Below, piece by piece: positions 9,625-18,836 of a stretch of 64,000 nt of DNA. The notes under the pieces are model-generated. The model made no database searches. It had not been told where the DNA came from and was given only the letters and a program-made list of their open reading frames with translations. Source of the DNA: an uncultured Polyangiaceae bacterium (GTDB lineage: Bacteria; Myxococcota_A; Polyangia; Polyangiales; Polyangiaceae); the NCBI GenBank assembly GCA_964396375.1, contig CAYNEY010000018.1, positions 38,979-102,978 on the forward strand. Reading direction: 5' to 3'. A program made the position numbers and the translations under genes. Every line of letters starts with the position of its first letter. Positions within the stretch are counted from its first letter, which is position 1.

Positions 9625-10713
9625 TCACCGACAGGGACGCTGCCGCAGCACGGTTACCGTGCCTCCGCTTGCCTTCGCGGTCGATTCATCGCTCGGCGCC
9701 ACGAACCATGCGTCCAGCTCACGGGGCAGGACGAAGAAGCGATCCGCACCGACCAAGGGTATGAGCCGCGGAGCCGTGACACGGCGTTCGCGACCGGTGG
9801 CGTGGGTCTCGATGACGAAGCACCCCTCCGGGGAGCCTGGTGCCCAGAGGTGATCCGCCCCTACCGAGAGCCGAGCCGACACCTCGAAGTGCCGACCGTC
9901 GAGCAGAGTGGCGCTGAGCCGTCGCACGCCAACGCCAGCCCGAAAGATCTGCCCCGCCTTGGGACTCTCACGGCTTGAAGGCTCGACGCGCCCGAGTCTC
10001 TGACCATCAGCACGAACCACAAGGGGCGAGTCAGTGAGGTTCATCACCCGGATCTCGGGGTGGAAAGCGCGATGGAGGAACGGAGTGAGTACCAGCGCGA
10101 CCAGAGGTCCGAGTGGTGCCCGCGGGTTCGAAAGCCTTGGGTGTTCGCGCCGCGTATGAAGCGTATACCCCGCGTTGTGGGCGATCACGCGTCTCGCAAA
10201 GCGCCCCGAGCGGCAGCTCAGCTCTTCGGCCCTGACCTCAACGGGCCTGCCGCGGGCCAGCCACGAGGAATCGAGAGAGAGGACTATCACCGCCCACGCC
10301 AAGCTTGGGATCGAGGCGATCAGCACCGCACCCAGCGTAGCCACCAGCAGTGGGATGGTGGCGCCCAGGGCGAGCAATGGGGCAGCAGCCACGGCGAGCA
10401 GCAAGCCCGCACTATTCGCGGTCTCGACGATCCGCGTCGCCTTGGCCTGCTCGGCGTTGCACGACGGACAGAGAGGGACGAGCAGCCGTTTTCGATCGGT
10501 GAACCGATGAGTGCCGACGAGCTGAGTGGTGGGACAGTTGCAAGAAGCGCACAAAAAGGGCAAGTGCGGAGGGAAGGATTCACCCACAACGACGAAGCGT
10601 CGGGGTCGGAGGCGCGAGGTTACGCGCAGGAATCGGCGCCGCCATCGGGTCATGAGGCGCCGCCAGACTCGACCGGGCAAGAGCCACGATCTGTGTGCCT
10701 CCGTCGTGCTCAT
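9625..10713 (-). CDS. hypothetical membrane protein with an N-terminal CxxC...CxxC zinc-ribbon-like motif
   Basis: The ATG at 10713 overlaps the tsaE stop as ATGA, which suggests translational coupling. The N-terminus is Arg-rich and carries CASCNC...CPSCNAE. Hydrophobic helices follow (AGLLLAVAAAPLLALGATIPLLVATLGAVLIASIPSLAWAVIVL), then a beta-rich C-terminal region. I recognise no family. Confidence 0.6.
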   Translation of the reverse strand: MSTTEAHRSWLLPGRVWRRLMTRWRRRFLRVTSRLRPRRFVVVGESFPPHLPFLCASCNCPTTQLVGTHRFTDRKRLLVPLCPSCNAEQAKATRIVETANSAGLLLAVAAAPLLALGATIPLLVATLGAVLIASIPSLAWAVIVLSLDSSWLARGRPVEVRAEELSCRSGRFARRVIAHNAGYTLHTRREHPRLSNPRAPLGPLVALVLTPFLHRAFHPEIRVMNLTDSPLVVRADGQRLGRVEPSSRESPKAGQIFRAGVGVRRLSATLLDGRHFEVSARLSVGADHLWAPGSPEGCFVIETHATGRERRVTAPRLIPLVGADRFFVLPRELDAWFVAPSDESTAKASGGTVTVLRQRPCR

Positions 10714-11177
10714 GGTGCCTCGGCGCAACACAAGCTCTCGAGGAGCTCCCGTGAGCGCGGCCCCGTGGACTCGATGCTGGCGCGCCGTGGCGAACAGCCC
10801 AGACGAACCAGAAGGGCGTCTCCGCCCAGCACCTGAGCATAGGGCTCACCCCACTCCACGATCACGAGTGCGCCTTCATCCCGTTGTTCGAGGAGCCCGA
10901 GTTCGGCAACCTCACGGGGATGAGCCAGGCGGTACAGATCGGCGTGCACGAGCCGCGGCTGGGTCGCGTACTCGAGGACGAGGCCGAAGGTGGGGCTCAC
11001 CACTCGGATCCGCGCCGAGAGCCCCAGAGCACGGGCAATACCGCGGGTGAGAAAAGTCTTTCCCGCGCCGAGCTCACCAGACAAAATCACGAGATCACCC
11101 GCCGTGAGCAGGGCGGCCAACCGTTGCCCGAGATGGAGAGTCGCACGACGGTTCTCGAGGGGGACCAAGAGGGTCAT
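10710..11177 (-). CDS. tsaE: tRNA threonylcarbamoyladenosine (t6A) biosynthesis ATPase TsaE
   Basis: P-loop SGELGAGKTFLTRGIARALG, then VVSPTFGLVLEY and HADLYRL, as in the YjeE/TsaE family. The start was moved to the internal ATG (MTLLVPLENR) because the longer track ORF overlaps the upstream gene. Confidence 0.85.
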   Translation of the reverse strand: MTLLVPLENRRATLHLGQRLAALLTAGDLVILSGELGAGKTFLTRGIARALGLSARIRVVSPTFGLVLEYATQPRLVHADLYRLAHPREVAELGLLEQRDEGALVIVEWGEPYAQVLGGDALLVRLGCSPRRASIESTGPRSRELLESLCCAEAP

Positions 11178-11184
11178 CGCCAAG

Positions 11185-13032
11185 TCACTTCCCCTTGTCC
11201 GTGGGCTGTCCGAGCGCCACCGATTCGAGAACCAAATCGGGGACGAGCAGGCGCTCAGCCCCGAAACCACGCTTCTTGCTGGTCCACAGCCGCGTCTCGA
11301 TGTGTTCGAGCTCTCGAGACACCCCTCTTCGATAGGCCGAACTGGCTTCGTCACCTTCCACGGTGGTTGTGCCGACGCGCGTCAGCGCCCCCGCCGCGAG
11401 AGTGGCCAGATCTCGTCCGAGCGCCTCCAGCCAAGTCACGCGACGACGCAAACGCCGCTCGAGTTCCGAGAGCTCCGGCTCGCCCGAGACGTCGAGGAGC
11501 GCCGGACTGCTGATCATCCCAGCGAGCGCGGCACCGAGATCGCGATCGGCAGAGAGCGCCTCGGGCCCGAGCCACAGATGCGCGCGTGGATTTCTCAATC
11601 GATCCACGGCCAACATGCGCCGTGCACAGTCGGCGTCGGTGAGGAAAAGCACCTGCCCAGGCGCCCGAACAATCCGCTGCTCGGCGCCCGGCTCTCGGAG
11701 GTCGCCGCACGCCGGATCCTCCGCCCGGACGGCATCGAGCCGCTCGGACGCTGGAAGCTGCGAGCGCACCAGGGCCTCGGTCATCGGCTCCCAGTCGAGC
11801 ACACCGAACAGGTGTGACCGCTCCCGACCCGGGGAACGCACCGCCACCACCGGCAAACCCTGCTCTTCGGCGAACCGCTCGAAGGGCTGGAGGTCGCGAT
11901 GGCCGGTCACCGCAACGATAACGCTCGCCCCATCCACCAAAAGGAGCCGAAGAGCAGCACTCAGCTCGGCGTCGTCACCGCTCAGCCCTTCCCGAGAGAC
12001 CAGGTGCACCGCTCGCCGCTCGGTGTCAAAGAGTGTTCGCACCATGCCGGCAACCAACTCGGTGCTCTGTCGCCGGATCACCTGGTCGTTGAGGTCCATC
12101 AACACCCCGATGACAGGACCCGCGCTCGGCGCAGACTTCTCACCCTTCGCGGCCAACGCGACCAACTTCTCTCCCGTCGGTCCGCGCCGCAAACTACCAT
12201 CCGAAACGCCCAACAGGCGCAACGCGAGCTCACTGTCGACATCCGCAAGCGCGTGAGTCACGAGCTTTTGCCGCACCAGCTCGATCATGGCCTGCTTTCC
12301 GCGTTGTCGCTCTGGCTGGGTCGAGGGTAGAGCTGCCAGCGCGGTGAAGCGAGCCAGGCCTCGTTCCAGCGGCAAGCGCCCAAGCCCCGCTACGTACCGC
12401 TCGATCTCGTCGTCGAGCCGCGGCAGCTGCTCGACCGTGGCCTCGATGCGCCATTGATAGAGACAATCGAGAGCGTCGTCTTGTCGCTCGAGAGAGAGGG
12501 CCGCGCGCGTGCACTCGCGGCCCCAGTCGTCGCGGTCGTCAGCCTCCACGACCAGACCGCGCAACGTCATCAAGCGCTCGAAGGCTTCGGCCGCGCCCTT
12601 GCGTCGGGTGAGCAGCGCTGCACGCAGGATCTCGACCCCATCGCGCGTAACGACACTGTTCCCCTCCGCCGCTTGCTCTGCCAGCCGTTCGGCCTCGTCG
12701 AGCCGTCCCTGACCGAGGCGGATCCACCCAAGAAATAGCCGCATGCGCGTGCTCGAGGGGGCCAGAGGAAAACGCTCGAGGAAGCCCACCAGCGCCGCCT
12801 CACTGGAGCGACGCTCCTGCTCGGACGCATGACTCCACATACCGAGCAAGGTCCGCGCCGCCCGCTGTTCCTCGAGTGAAGCAGCCAGCCCGACATCTTG
12901 GTACGGCAGCACCCCCCGATCGGCGCCACACCCCAACGCTCCGATCAGCAGAAGGACGCACGGGGCGCTTGACCACCGACGGCGCAACCCGTACCAAATG
13001 CGGTCATGGCCCATACGGAATCGAGCGGTCAC
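11185..13032 (-). CDS. lipoprotein with an N-terminal TPR-like region and a periplasmic-binding-protein-like domain (LpoA/LppC-like, tentative)
   Basis: 615-aa ORF with a lipobox LIGALGC. The N-terminal half is helical and repeat-like. The C-terminal half has the alternating beta-alpha pattern of type-1 PBPs (GPVIGVLMDLND..., ASVIVAVTGH, GLPVVAV). The family assignment is by eye only. Confidence 0.6.
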   Translation of the reverse strand: MTARFRMGHDRIWYGLRRRWSSAPCVLLLIGALGCGADRGVLPYQDVGLAASLEEQRAARTLLGMWSHASEQERRSSEAALVGFLERFPLAPSSTRMRLFLGWIRLGQGRLDEAERLAEQAAEGNSVVTRDGVEILRAALLTRRKGAAEAFERLMTLRGLVVEADDRDDWGRECTRAALSLERQDDALDCLYQWRIEATVEQLPRLDDEIERYVAGLGRLPLERGLARFTALAALPSTQPERQRGKQAMIELVRQKLVTHALADVDSELALRLLGVSDGSLRRGPTGEKLVALAAKGEKSAPSAGPVIGVLMDLNDQVIRRQSTELVAGMVRTLFDTERRAVHLVSREGLSGDDAELSAALRLLLVDGASVIVAVTGHRDLQPFERFAEEQGLPVVAVRSPGRERSHLFGVLDWEPMTEALVRSQLPASERLDAVRAEDPACGDLREPGAEQRIVRAPGQVLFLTDADCARRMLAVDRLRNPRAHLWLGPEALSADRDLGAALAGMISSPALLDVSGEPELSELERRLRRRVTWLEALGRDLATLAAGALTRVGTTTVEGDEASSAYRRGVSRELEHIETRLWTSKKRGFGAERLLVPDLVLESVALGQPTDKGK

Positions 13033-13695
13033 GTGCCCCTACCTTTCGTTCCGAAGGAGGCCCCGTCAAGCGAGACCGCGCTTCCGGCCGCCTCCGAGGG
13101 GTGGGCGCTCAGCCTGTCTGGCGCGTGGTTGGTCGTGCTTGGGCTCGGCATCCTCGCCAACGCATCGATCCTTTTCGGCGAAGAAGCTTTCGATCGCGTC
13201 GGTGCGGCCTTGGACGGTACGCAGGCCCATGCCTGGACAGAAGCGGTGATCGGGTTCTTGGTGATCGGCCTACTGGGATGGCAAAGCCACCTCACCCCAC
13301 CCCAACGCCTCGCCGGCACCCCCCGCGGCTGGGATGAGCGCCTGAGCTTCGGCCTCGATCTGTTGGCTTTGGTCGCGTGGACGACGTACCTCGGATTTCT
13401 GCGCGTCCCCTGGCTACTCGGCGGCGCGGGACCGGACGCACGTCTCGAGTTGTGGTCGCGAACGTTGGCCAGCACCACCTCCGGGTACCCGGTCGCCGCA
13501 TTCGCCCTGGTGATGGCACAAGGCCTGCTGCTCACCCACGCCGGGCGGCGCTTCCTCCGATTCCTCGAGAAGAGTGGCCTGCTCGCCGATGTCCGAGCCA
13601 GGCGCCGCGCCGAGACAGCGACGTTTCTCCTCACTCTCATGCTGTTCTTGGTGGGGGCGGTCGCGACGGTCGGAATCGCCACCGGCCGCCTCTGA
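13006..13695 (+). CDS. hypothetical integral membrane protein
   Basis: 229-aa ORF with good GC3 bias and about 5 hydrophobic helices (LSGAWLVVLGLGILA, VIGFLVIGLLGW, FGLDLLALVAWTTYLGFL, YPVAAFALVMAQGLLL, FLLTLMLFLVGAVATVGIA). The start is uncertain because it overlaps the divergent neighbour by 27 nt. Confidence 0.5.
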   Translation: MAHTESSGHVPLPFVPKEAPSSETALPAASEGWALSLSGAWLVVLGLGILANASILFGEEAFDRVGAALDGTQAHAWTEAVIGFLVIGLLGWQSHLTPPQRLAGTPRGWDERLSFGLDLLALVAWTTYLGFLRVPWLLGGAGPDARLELWSRTLASTTSGYPVAAFALVMAQGLLLTHAGRRFLRFLEKSGLLADVRARRRAETATFLLTLMLFLVGAVATVGIATGRL

Positions 13696-13798
13696 GACCT
13701 GGAGGGCAAGGAAGATATGCACGCGCGCCGCTCCCGCGAGCCACCAGCCCGGTCGCTTTCCCGTGCGTGATTCTCCGCTTGGGAGTAAGGCTCGTTGC

Positions 13799-14239
13799 GT
13801 GCCGCACTGTTACCTCCTCACGATCTGCTCGGGTTCGTCCGTCGACCGGCATTCGAACAACGCCACGCTCTTCAATCTCGTCGAGCAGATCAACCTCAGA
13901 CCTGACTCGCCACCACCTGCAGGCACCCTGATCCCCGTCGAGGTGCACGCGTACTTCGCCTGCGCTCCCCACGAGATTGGCTTCGACTTCGAGATCCGCT
14001 TCGCGTTGCTCTCGGAAGACTCGGGCCTCGAGAGCCTGAGCGACGTGTTTTCCCACAGCTCACCGACGCCACGTTACCGAACGCGAACGCTGGGGCTCCC
14101 GCTTCCTCCCATCGTCGGCAACTACACCTTGTGTCTCGATTGGCGCCCCAAGGGGGCCGAGACCTGGAGGCGAGAGTCGCTGACCTGGCCGCTTACCATC
14201 GTCGAGCAGGCGCGGCCGCGCCCACAGCTCACCCACTGA
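13799..14239 (+). CDS. hypothetical protein (~146 aa)
   Basis: This is the C-terminal part of track ORF 13574..14239. I chose the GTG at 13799, which has a GGGAG Shine-Dalgarno about 10 nt upstream. The longer N-terminus is Arg/Ser-rich and overlaps the previous gene. The sequence (LFNLVEQINL...VEVHAYFACAPHEIGFDFEIRFALLSED) looks like a small beta-sandwich. I recognise no family. Confidence 0.5.
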   Translation: MPHCYLLTICSGSSVDRHSNNATLFNLVEQINLRPDSPPPAGTLIPVEVHAYFACAPHEIGFDFEIRFALLSEDSGLESLSDVFSHSSPTPRYRTRTLGLPLPPIVGNYTLCLDWRPKGAETWRRESLTWPLTIVEQARPRPQLTH

Positions 14240-14437
14240 CAGACAATTCCGTCGGCCGACCCGTGGTTGTCGAGGGAGGGTGCAACCAAGAAATCGGGGC
14301 ACCGGTTGCGGAGCGATTCCCGCCGTCCCGGCTTTCGTCTAGGTTACGGTGCATGCTGCACGCTCGACGCTCCTTGAGCGGACAGCTGGGTTAGGTTCGA
14401 TCAACCTCGTTATCTTTGCGACACGCTGGAGGTCAGG

Positions 14438-15283
14438 ATGTTTACGGTTCGGGTCATGAGCTGGCAACGTGCCATGGTCGGGTTTCTGTGCGCCTGTATG
14501 GTGCTCGGCTTCGCTACGGCGGCCTTCGCGATCGGCCGCATCGAGTGGAAGAGCAAGACGCTGAAGCCAAACAGCGAGAACAACGCCTGGAATATCGAGG
14601 TCACCATCTACTTGCCGAAGCCACCGGATGTTCCGTCGGTTCCGGTCAAGTTCACCTTCGACCAACAGGTCTACTTCGAGCAGTCGATGGTCGATGGTGA
14701 CCAGATCGTGAAACGGGACGTTCCAATCACTGGAAAGCAGCCGATTGTCGAGGGTGTAGACATCGGTTTCCTCGATCCAACCTCGGGCACCATCCAGAAG
14801 CGCACCCGGTTTTCCTTCAAGATCCACCGTGACCACGGTTTCGAATGCGGGATTTACAAGATCACGGTCCGGGACACTCGAAACAACCAGATCATCGGTC
14901 AGCCCACCACGGTCACCTTGGGTGGTGAAAATGAGGTGATCGACCGGCGCAGCATCGTCTTCTCCGGCGAGAAGAAGAAGCCGAAGAAGCCCGCTGAGAC
15001 CACCGACACTACCGACACCCCAAGCCCATCCGATAGCTCCTCCAAGGAGAGTGGCTCGACGGAGCCGTCCTCGACATCCAACGACGATAGGGCGGCCAGT
15101 ACACCGAAAAATGAGCTTCCGCCCGAGGATGAGGCCGATCAGCCCCAAGAGATCAAGGAGAAGCCCGGTGGCTGCGGCTGCCGACTCGCCTCCGCTCGTG
15201 ACACGGGTGCCTCAGGGATGTGGCTTGCCTTCGGCCTCGCAGGGCTCAGCTTCCTTCGTCGCAGGCCCGGGCGACAGAGCTAA
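14438..15283 (+). CDS. secreted protein with a C-terminal MYXO-CTERM sorting tail
   Basis: Signal peptide FLCACMVLGFATAAFA, then a ~170-aa beta-rich domain and a Lys/Thr/Ser/Asp/Glu-rich linker. The tail is GGCGCRLASARDTGASGMWLAFGLAGLSFLRRRPG, that is a GCGC motif, a helix and an Arg cluster. Confidence 0.8.
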   Translation: MFTVRVMSWQRAMVGFLCACMVLGFATAAFAIGRIEWKSKTLKPNSENNAWNIEVTIYLPKPPDVPSVPVKFTFDQQVYFEQSMVDGDQIVKRDVPITGKQPIVEGVDIGFLDPTSGTIQKRTRFSFKIHRDHGFECGIYKITVRDTRNNQIIGQPTTVTLGGENEVIDRRSIVFSGEKKKPKKPAETTDTTDTPSPSDSSSKESGSTEPSSTSNDDRAASTPKNELPPEDEADQPQEIKEKPGGCGCRLASARDTGASGMWLAFGLAGLSFLRRRPGRQS

Positions 15284-16409
15284 TAAGCCGAGACATCCCG
15301 AGTTCGAAGAGTTCGGGTGTCGGGATCAGACTCACCACCACAAAGGCCTCCTCGCTGAAGTCGTAGAACCATCCGGGCTGCACGAGGAGGCCTTCCTCCA
15401 TGAACCGAAGCACCCACTGGGTCTCACTCTCTATCCGTGGAAGCCGAAGAACCGCCGACCATCCTCCTTCGACCGGGAGCAGGGTCACGGGTGTGTCAGT
15501 GACCAGTTCCCGGAGTCGCCGGACATTGCGCTTTATCCGCGCCTTCAGTGCAGCCTGACGAGGAGCAGCGAGCACGAAGAGTTCGGGAAGCGCGAGCATG
15601 GTTGGAGTCGACACCGAGAGGTAGGTGTCCGTGATCAACTCCAGACACTCGAGCGCCCGGGTTACGCGCTCCGATTCTCCGCAAACAACGATCCAGCCGA
15701 GCTTGAGTTGCGGGAGGCCTAGCGACTTCGAAAGCCCGCCCAACACGAAGCCGAGACCAGACTCGAGCCGCTGCAACCGCACGGCATCCTTGGGCATCGA
15801 AAGGTCATACTCGGCGAACACTTCGTCGGAGATCAGCGGAAGCTGAAGCAGGAGCAGCTGAGCGAGTTCTTGCTGCTTCAAATACGAGCCCGTCGGGTTA
15901 TTGGGGTTGACCACCACCACCCCCCGCGTTCGCACCGAGCTAGCTCTTCGCAGCGCGTCCGCGTCGAGCTCCCAGCGACCCTCGAAGCAGAGCTCGTAGG
16001 GCTCCACCACAACCCCATCGAGCCGGGCAAGGTGCTCGAACAACGGGTAGCTCGGGGTTGGCACCAGCACAGAATCTCCCGGATCTGCGAGCAGCTTGAA
16101 GAGGAGCGAGTAGGATTCGCTGGTGCTGGCGGTCAGGATCACTCGGTTGGGTTCGACCTCGTAACCCTGGGCTCGGTACCAATCAGCCACAGCCCGACGC
16201 GCAAGGGGTGCGCCGAAGGGCTCGGGGCTATAGGCGAGCCCGCGCGGTGCGGCCAATGGTGCAAGAAGGTCGGAGGTGAACGGAAGCTCCACGCAAGTTG
16301 GGTTCGTGACCGTGAGATCGACCAAGGGTCGGCCCTCGGTTCGCAGTGCCGCCCGGCGGAGCGCGATCTCGTTCATTTCCAGTGAAGGCAGAGCCCGTCG
16401 CGAGAACAC
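15246..16409 (-). CDS. PLP-dependent aminotransferase, class I/II
   Basis: 387-aa ORF with fold-type I motifs: NPNNPTG, and the Lys-containing block LGGLSKSLGLPQLKLGW. Confidence 0.85.
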   Translation of the reverse strand: MFSRRALPSLEMNEIALRRAALRTEGRPLVDLTVTNPTCVELPFTSDLLAPLAAPRGLAYSPEPFGAPLARRAVADWYRAQGYEVEPNRVILTASTSESYSLLFKLLADPGDSVLVPTPSYPLFEHLARLDGVVVEPYELCFEGRWELDADALRRASSVRTRGVVVVNPNNPTGSYLKQQELAQLLLLQLPLISDEVFAEYDLSMPKDAVRLQRLESGLGFVLGGLSKSLGLPQLKLGWIVVCGESERVTRALECLELITDTYLSVSTPTMLALPELFVLAAPRQAALKARIKRNVRRLRELVTDTPVTLLPVEGGWSAVLRLPRIESETQWVLRFMEEGLLVQPGWFYDFSEEAFVVVSLIPTPELFELGMSRLISSVARACDEGS

Positions 16410-16515
16410 GACGCAGGATGCCGAATCCAGTCGCGCCCCGCAAGCTCGACGTGCCCTATGGTGGCATCCCTTTGTGCTCGCACGGCTCTCGGGCTCCGAC
16501 TAGCTTCCGACGGGC

Positions 16516-17700
16516 ATGGAAGCTGGACCAGACGTTGCCCCCACCGCCGAGCATGTGACCCGCATCGACTCCGAGGGGCGCGCGATCTTCATCGTCGGGA
16601 CCGCCCATGTCTCACCCCGCAGCGTAACTGAGGTCACGCGGGTGATCACCCAGCTGCGGCCAGATACAGTGTGCGTGGAGCTCGACCAGGCGCGTTACGA
16701 AGCGCTGATCGACGACTCGCGATTCCGCCGCCTCGATCTCTTCCAGATCATCCGCGAGAAGCGGGTGCTGTTCTTGCTCGCCAGCTTGGCGCTCTCCTCC
16801 TACCAGCGGCGAATCGGTGAGCGGATGGGGGTGCGCCCGGGCGCTGAGCTGCTAGCGGCCGTCGAGGCGGCCCGGAGCGTGGGGGCCGAGCTGGTGCTCG
16901 CCGATCGCGATATCCAGGCCACGTTGAAGCGAACCTGGCGGAGCCTCGGGTTTCTGAACAAGCTTAGACTCACCTCCGGACTACTCATGACTCCGTTTTC
17001 GGTGGAGGAGCTGACCTCTGAGCAGATCGAGAATCTGAAGGATCGGGACACCATCTCCGAGATGCTGAAGGAGCTGAGCACAATGATGCCCGACCTCAAG
17101 CGGCCGTTGATCGACGAGCGTGACCTTTACCTGATCTCTTCGGTACGGGAGGCACAAGGCAAGACCATCGTCGCGGTGGTGGGTGCTGGCCACGTCGAGG
17201 GCATGCTGGCGCAAATCGATACCCCGGTGGACCGCCAGGCCCTCGCCACCATTCCGCCCCCGGGGCGGACCACCGCCATCATCGGCTGGCTCGTGCCCCT
17301 CATCGTGCTAGGCGCCTTTGCCTTCGGCTGGCAGAAACACGAGGGTGAAAGCCTACTCGAGATGTTGAGGGCTTGGATTTTGCCCACATCGCTGGGCTGC
17401 GGCCTGTTCACGCTGCTCGGCCTGGGCCATCCCCTCACTATCCTGAGCGGGATCCTAGCCGCCCCCATCACGACCCTGAATCCAGCCATCGGCGCCGGCA
17501 TGGTGACCGCGCTGGTCGAAGCCTGGGTGCGCCGCCCCACTGTGGCGGATTGTGAGGCCCTGCCCCAGGCCGTGATGAGTGTCCGCGGCTGGTATCGGAA
17601 CCGGGCCACCCGTGTGCTCCTCATCTTCATCCTGTCGTCCCTCGGCGCGAGCCTGGGGATGGCGGTTGGCACCACCTGGGTGCTTAGCTTGCTCGGTTGA
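16516..17700 (+). CDS. TraB/GumN family protein with a C-terminal membrane domain
   Basis: The N-terminus IFIVGTAHVSPRSV...VCVELDQARY and the later VAVVGAGHVEGM are typical of the TraB family. Four predicted C-terminal helices follow. Confidence 0.85.
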   Translation: MEAGPDVAPTAEHVTRIDSEGRAIFIVGTAHVSPRSVTEVTRVITQLRPDTVCVELDQARYEALIDDSRFRRLDLFQIIREKRVLFLLASLALSSYQRRIGERMGVRPGAELLAAVEAARSVGAELVLADRDIQATLKRTWRSLGFLNKLRLTSGLLMTPFSVEELTSEQIENLKDRDTISEMLKELSTMMPDLKRPLIDERDLYLISSVREAQGKTIVAVVGAGHVEGMLAQIDTPVDRQALATIPPPGRTTAIIGWLVPLIVLGAFAFGWQKHEGESLLEMLRAWILPTSLGCGLFTLLGLGHPLTILSGILAAPITTLNPAIGAGMVTALVEAWVRRPTVADCEALPQAVMSVRGWYRNRATRVLLIFILSSLGASLGMAVGTTWVLSLLG

Positions 17701-17758
17701 GATGACCCGCGGTTTGGGTTAGCGTCTGCCTTTACGATTGCGGAAAGGGACGATCGGC

Positions 17759-18757
17759 ATGAATCCCCTAGACATCGAGTGGCCAAACTTCGCGGGAGTC
17801 CCAGGGGACGAGGTGCTCGCCAATCTAGCTCGTCCTGCCTCCCAAGAGCTTGCGCGCTTCGTGTGGATCGACGGAGAGCTCCGGGAAGCCGAGCAGGTCA
17901 AGATCCACTACTACGCCAACGCCTTGCATTACGGCACGGCGGTGTTCGAGGGCATTCGTGTTTACCCGACACCGGAGGGTACCGCACTTTTCCGACTGCG
18001 CTGCCATTTGGAACGCTTGATGTCATCGGCCCGGCTGTATGGGATGCAGCTCGACGTCACACTCGATGATCTGATGCGTGGCGCGCTGGAAGTCACGGCG
18101 CGCAACGGCATCGCCCACGGCTATCTACGTCCCTTGATCTTCTTCGGGCATGGGCCGATCGACCTCAAACCCAAGCGACACTGCCCGGTCCATGTCCTGT
18201 TCGCGATCCGGAGTCTGGGAGCTTTTCTCGGAGAGACCGGCCTCCGCAATGGAATCCGCCTGACCATCTCCAGCTGGCGGAGGATCCATCACAGCATGTT
18301 GCCGACCATGGCCAAAGCCAGTGGCCACTATGGCAACAGCGTGCTTGCCCTCCATGAAGCAGTCGATCGTGGCTTCGATGACGCGCTGCTCCTCAACCAC
18401 GACGGGACAGTCTCGAGCGCCACAGGCATGAACGTCTTCTTCGTTCGCAATGAAGAGTTGTTCACCAACGATGTTCAATCCTCGATTGTGCCTGGTATCA
18501 CTCGCGATTCGATCATCGCGCTGGCCCGGGACAACAACGTGAAGGTCACGGTTCGCTCGTTCTTGCGGGAGGAGCTCCAGCGAGCCGACGAAGTATTTCT
18601 GACAGGCACGGCGGCTGAAGTAACGCCCGTACGTGAACTCGAGGGTCTGGTCTACCAGACCGGTCGTCACACGCTCGGGGCCTTCTTGCAGCGGGCCTAT
18701 CTGCGCGCTGTGCTGGGTGCCGACGAGTGTCATCGTGACTGGTTAACCTTCGTGTGA
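17759..18757 (+). CDS. ilvE: branched-chain amino acid aminotransferase (PLP fold type IV)
   Basis: Motifs VWIDGELREAEQVKIHYYANALHYGTAVFEGIRVY, AKASGHYGNSVLA, and the C-terminal EVFLTGTAAEVTPV. The ATG at 17759 is preferred to the upstream alternative start in the track. Confidence 0.85.
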   Translation: MNPLDIEWPNFAGVPGDEVLANLARPASQELARFVWIDGELREAEQVKIHYYANALHYGTAVFEGIRVYPTPEGTALFRLRCHLERLMSSARLYGMQLDVTLDDLMRGALEVTARNGIAHGYLRPLIFFGHGPIDLKPKRHCPVHVLFAIRSLGAFLGETGLRNGIRLTISSWRRIHHSMLPTMAKASGHYGNSVLALHEAVDRGFDDALLLNHDGTVSSATGMNVFFVRNEELFTNDVQSSIVPGITRDSIIALARDNNVKVTVRSFLREELQRADEVFLTGTAAEVTPVRELEGLVYQTGRHTLGAFLQRAYLRAVLGADECHRDWLTFV

Positions 18758-18836
18758 ACGGGCACGGCGTGGGGGCAGACCCGCTCCTTGTTGTGCACGA
18801 CCAACAACGAAGTCAGGCAAGAGGTGGGGGTGTTGG

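Noticed and set aside
7784-9853. 689-aa plus-strand ORF
   Set aside because: It is antisense to dnaK and grpE and crosses their intergenic spacer. The product is Arg/Gly/His-rich with no motifs, so it is a GC-driven shadow frame.
13574-13798. Long N-terminal version of the 13574..14239 ORF
   Set aside because: The first 75 codons are Arg/Ser/Cys-rich and overlap the 3' end of the membrane protein gene at 13006..13695. An SD-preceded GTG at 13799 gives a compact, plausible protein.
14339-15148. 269-aa minus-strand ORF
   Set aside because: It is antisense to the MYXO-CTERM protein gene. That gene has a clear signal peptide, domain and sorting tail, whereas this frame has none.
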